Origin: Raillietiella orientalis | Lineage: Eukaryota | Reading direction: 5' to 3' | Assembly: GCA_036172245.1 (NCBI GenBank) | Contig: JAYWIR010000005.1 | Location: 2,418,001 to 2,482,000, forward strand | DNA length: 64,000 nt | In this document: piece by piece, positions 62,702-64,000 of the stretch | Numbering within the stretch: position 1 is the first letter of the stretch | Layout of the letters: each line of letters starts with the position of its first letter | Translations under genes and position numbers: made by a program | The notes under the pieces: model-generated | Database searches by the model: none | Told to the model about the DNA's origin: nothing | The model's input: only the letters and a program-made list of their open reading frames with translations

Positions 62702-64000
62702 TTGAAACCCGGGTGTGCCGGGACGTTTATTCTCACGAAGAAACCTATACAATCTGTGACTGGACCAGTAGTCCAGCCACGCCCTGGAAAGATATAGCTT
62801 GCCGGGCTACCGGTGCGCAGACCGGCGCGGTCGACCTCGGCAGCAGAGGGGAGGGGGAACGAAACAAAAAGAAAACAAAAAATAAACAAAAATCAGGGAG
62901 GAAGCGGGAAGGGATCACAGTCTGCTGGGAGGGTCCGTCATCCTCTGGAGGATGCCGGCAAGCTGTTTCTGCGTGTGTGGTTCCAGATGGGGCCATCGCG
63001 TCGCCATCCTGAGGAAACAGGCGGCATACACGTTGGCATCCCTGTCGCTGGATCCTCCCGTCGACTTGCTCCATGCCACGACGATCCCGCGTAGGCAGCA
63101 CAGGGCTGCAAGCGAGGCCGCTGGAGGCAGGGCGTCACGGACGAAGAGGGGGCGCAAAGCGTCTCTGGGGTTGCCTCCGGGGATCCCCAGGGCTGCGGCA
63201 AAGCGTTCCCACAAGGGACGGAGGGCAACACAATCCACTAACAGGTGGGGGAGGTATTCCCTCTCCCCGCACCTGACACAATTAGGGTTGACACCCCCCC
63301 TCGTCCAGTGGTGTCGGCGGGCGTTGCAAGGAAGCCCCCAATGCAACACCAGCAGTGCCGACTGTTGCCACTTCATGGGGAGGGTGCGCGAGTCCATGAG
63401 CACCGGGGGCCACTCGAGATGTTCCTCAGGAACATCCAGTAGCTCTCCCCAGCGCAACAGTCCATTTGGGGTGGTCCTCGGAATCGCAGCGTTGGTGAGC
63501 TGACCCGTTCTCCAATCCCCGATCTTCTTTGCCCTGCTGGAGATCTTGACAGTAACCTCCCATTGTGCCGCGACGTCGCTGCCCAGATGTTCCCGTAGGG
63601 TAGGCAGTACCGCAGCAAGGAAGGTTCTTTGTTCCCACGCTCTCCTTCGGGGATTCTCGATGATTTCTCGGAGCGTGCGGCGGGCATGCGGCCCGAACAG
63701 AGCTATTCGCTCGTGTTGCGGGCTCTGCTCCTGAATCATCGCCCACGTGCGGACGGTTTCCTGCAACCAGGCAGGACCGTTCGCGGGGCGTACGAGGTTC
63801 CGCGCCGAGTTGTTCTTCACGAGCTTGACCGCCCTCCGAAGTTGAAGTCCGCAGTGGCAGATGGGGCTTCGGAGTGCAAAGTAGGACGAGAGTCCTGCAT
63901 TGCCGGTGGCCCGCTCGAGGAGGAGACGTGCAGGGAGGCACCAAGGGGTGCACCAATTTTCTGCCATAAAGGCAACAACTCGGAACTGGAGCTGAAGCTC
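62702..64000 (-). mobile_element. Retrotransposon I 3' segment (C-related), antisense in B3; continues beyond the window
   Basis: Open ORF 62915..63967 with CVRCGEREYLPHLLVDC; terminal AATAAACGTCCCGGCACACCCGGGTTTCAA. Confidence 0.9.

Noticed and set aside
1..64000. Bacterial RT systems (group II intron, retron, DGR), CRISPR arrays, LTR or DIRS elements
   Set aside because: The APE + gag knuckle + L1-type RT architecture is eukaryotic non-LTR; no repeat-spacer array, LTRs, integrase, RNase H or recombinase seen

Overview
The whole 64 kb window is eukaryotic non-LTR retrotransposon sequence of the L1/Tx1 type. ORF1 is gag-like with CCHC knuckles. ORF2 encodes an APE endonuclease, a reverse transcriptase (YADD) and a C-terminal CCHC finger. 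I see no host genes, RNA genes or CRISPR. About 16 copies from roughly eight related subfamilies (my labels A-F, H, I) plus one distant lineage (G) are inserted inside one another in a Russian-doll nest. One nest closes inside the window: F[B1[D; A2[C1]]], with target-site duplications (TSDs). A second nest, up to about 9 levels deep, stays open at the right edge. Every ORF2 is interrupted or mutated. Notable signals: (1) subfamilies recur at the same codons of sibling elements (A at APE GDFN, C antisense at RT KAFD, B antisense at LPxGFG); (2) the 5' copies of some 'TSDs' look donor-derived and lie upstream of a DPE-like GGACGTG; (3) ORF1/ORF2 overlap as TAATG/TGATG in some subfamilies, but B/D/F have an AUG-less TAACA in a hairpin loop; (4) 3' ends lack poly(A) and carry covarying RNA stem-loops; (5) the APE domain is about 20 aa shorter where L1 has its beta-hairpin. 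Subfamily labels and boundaries come from alignment by eye, and the host organism cannot be identified.
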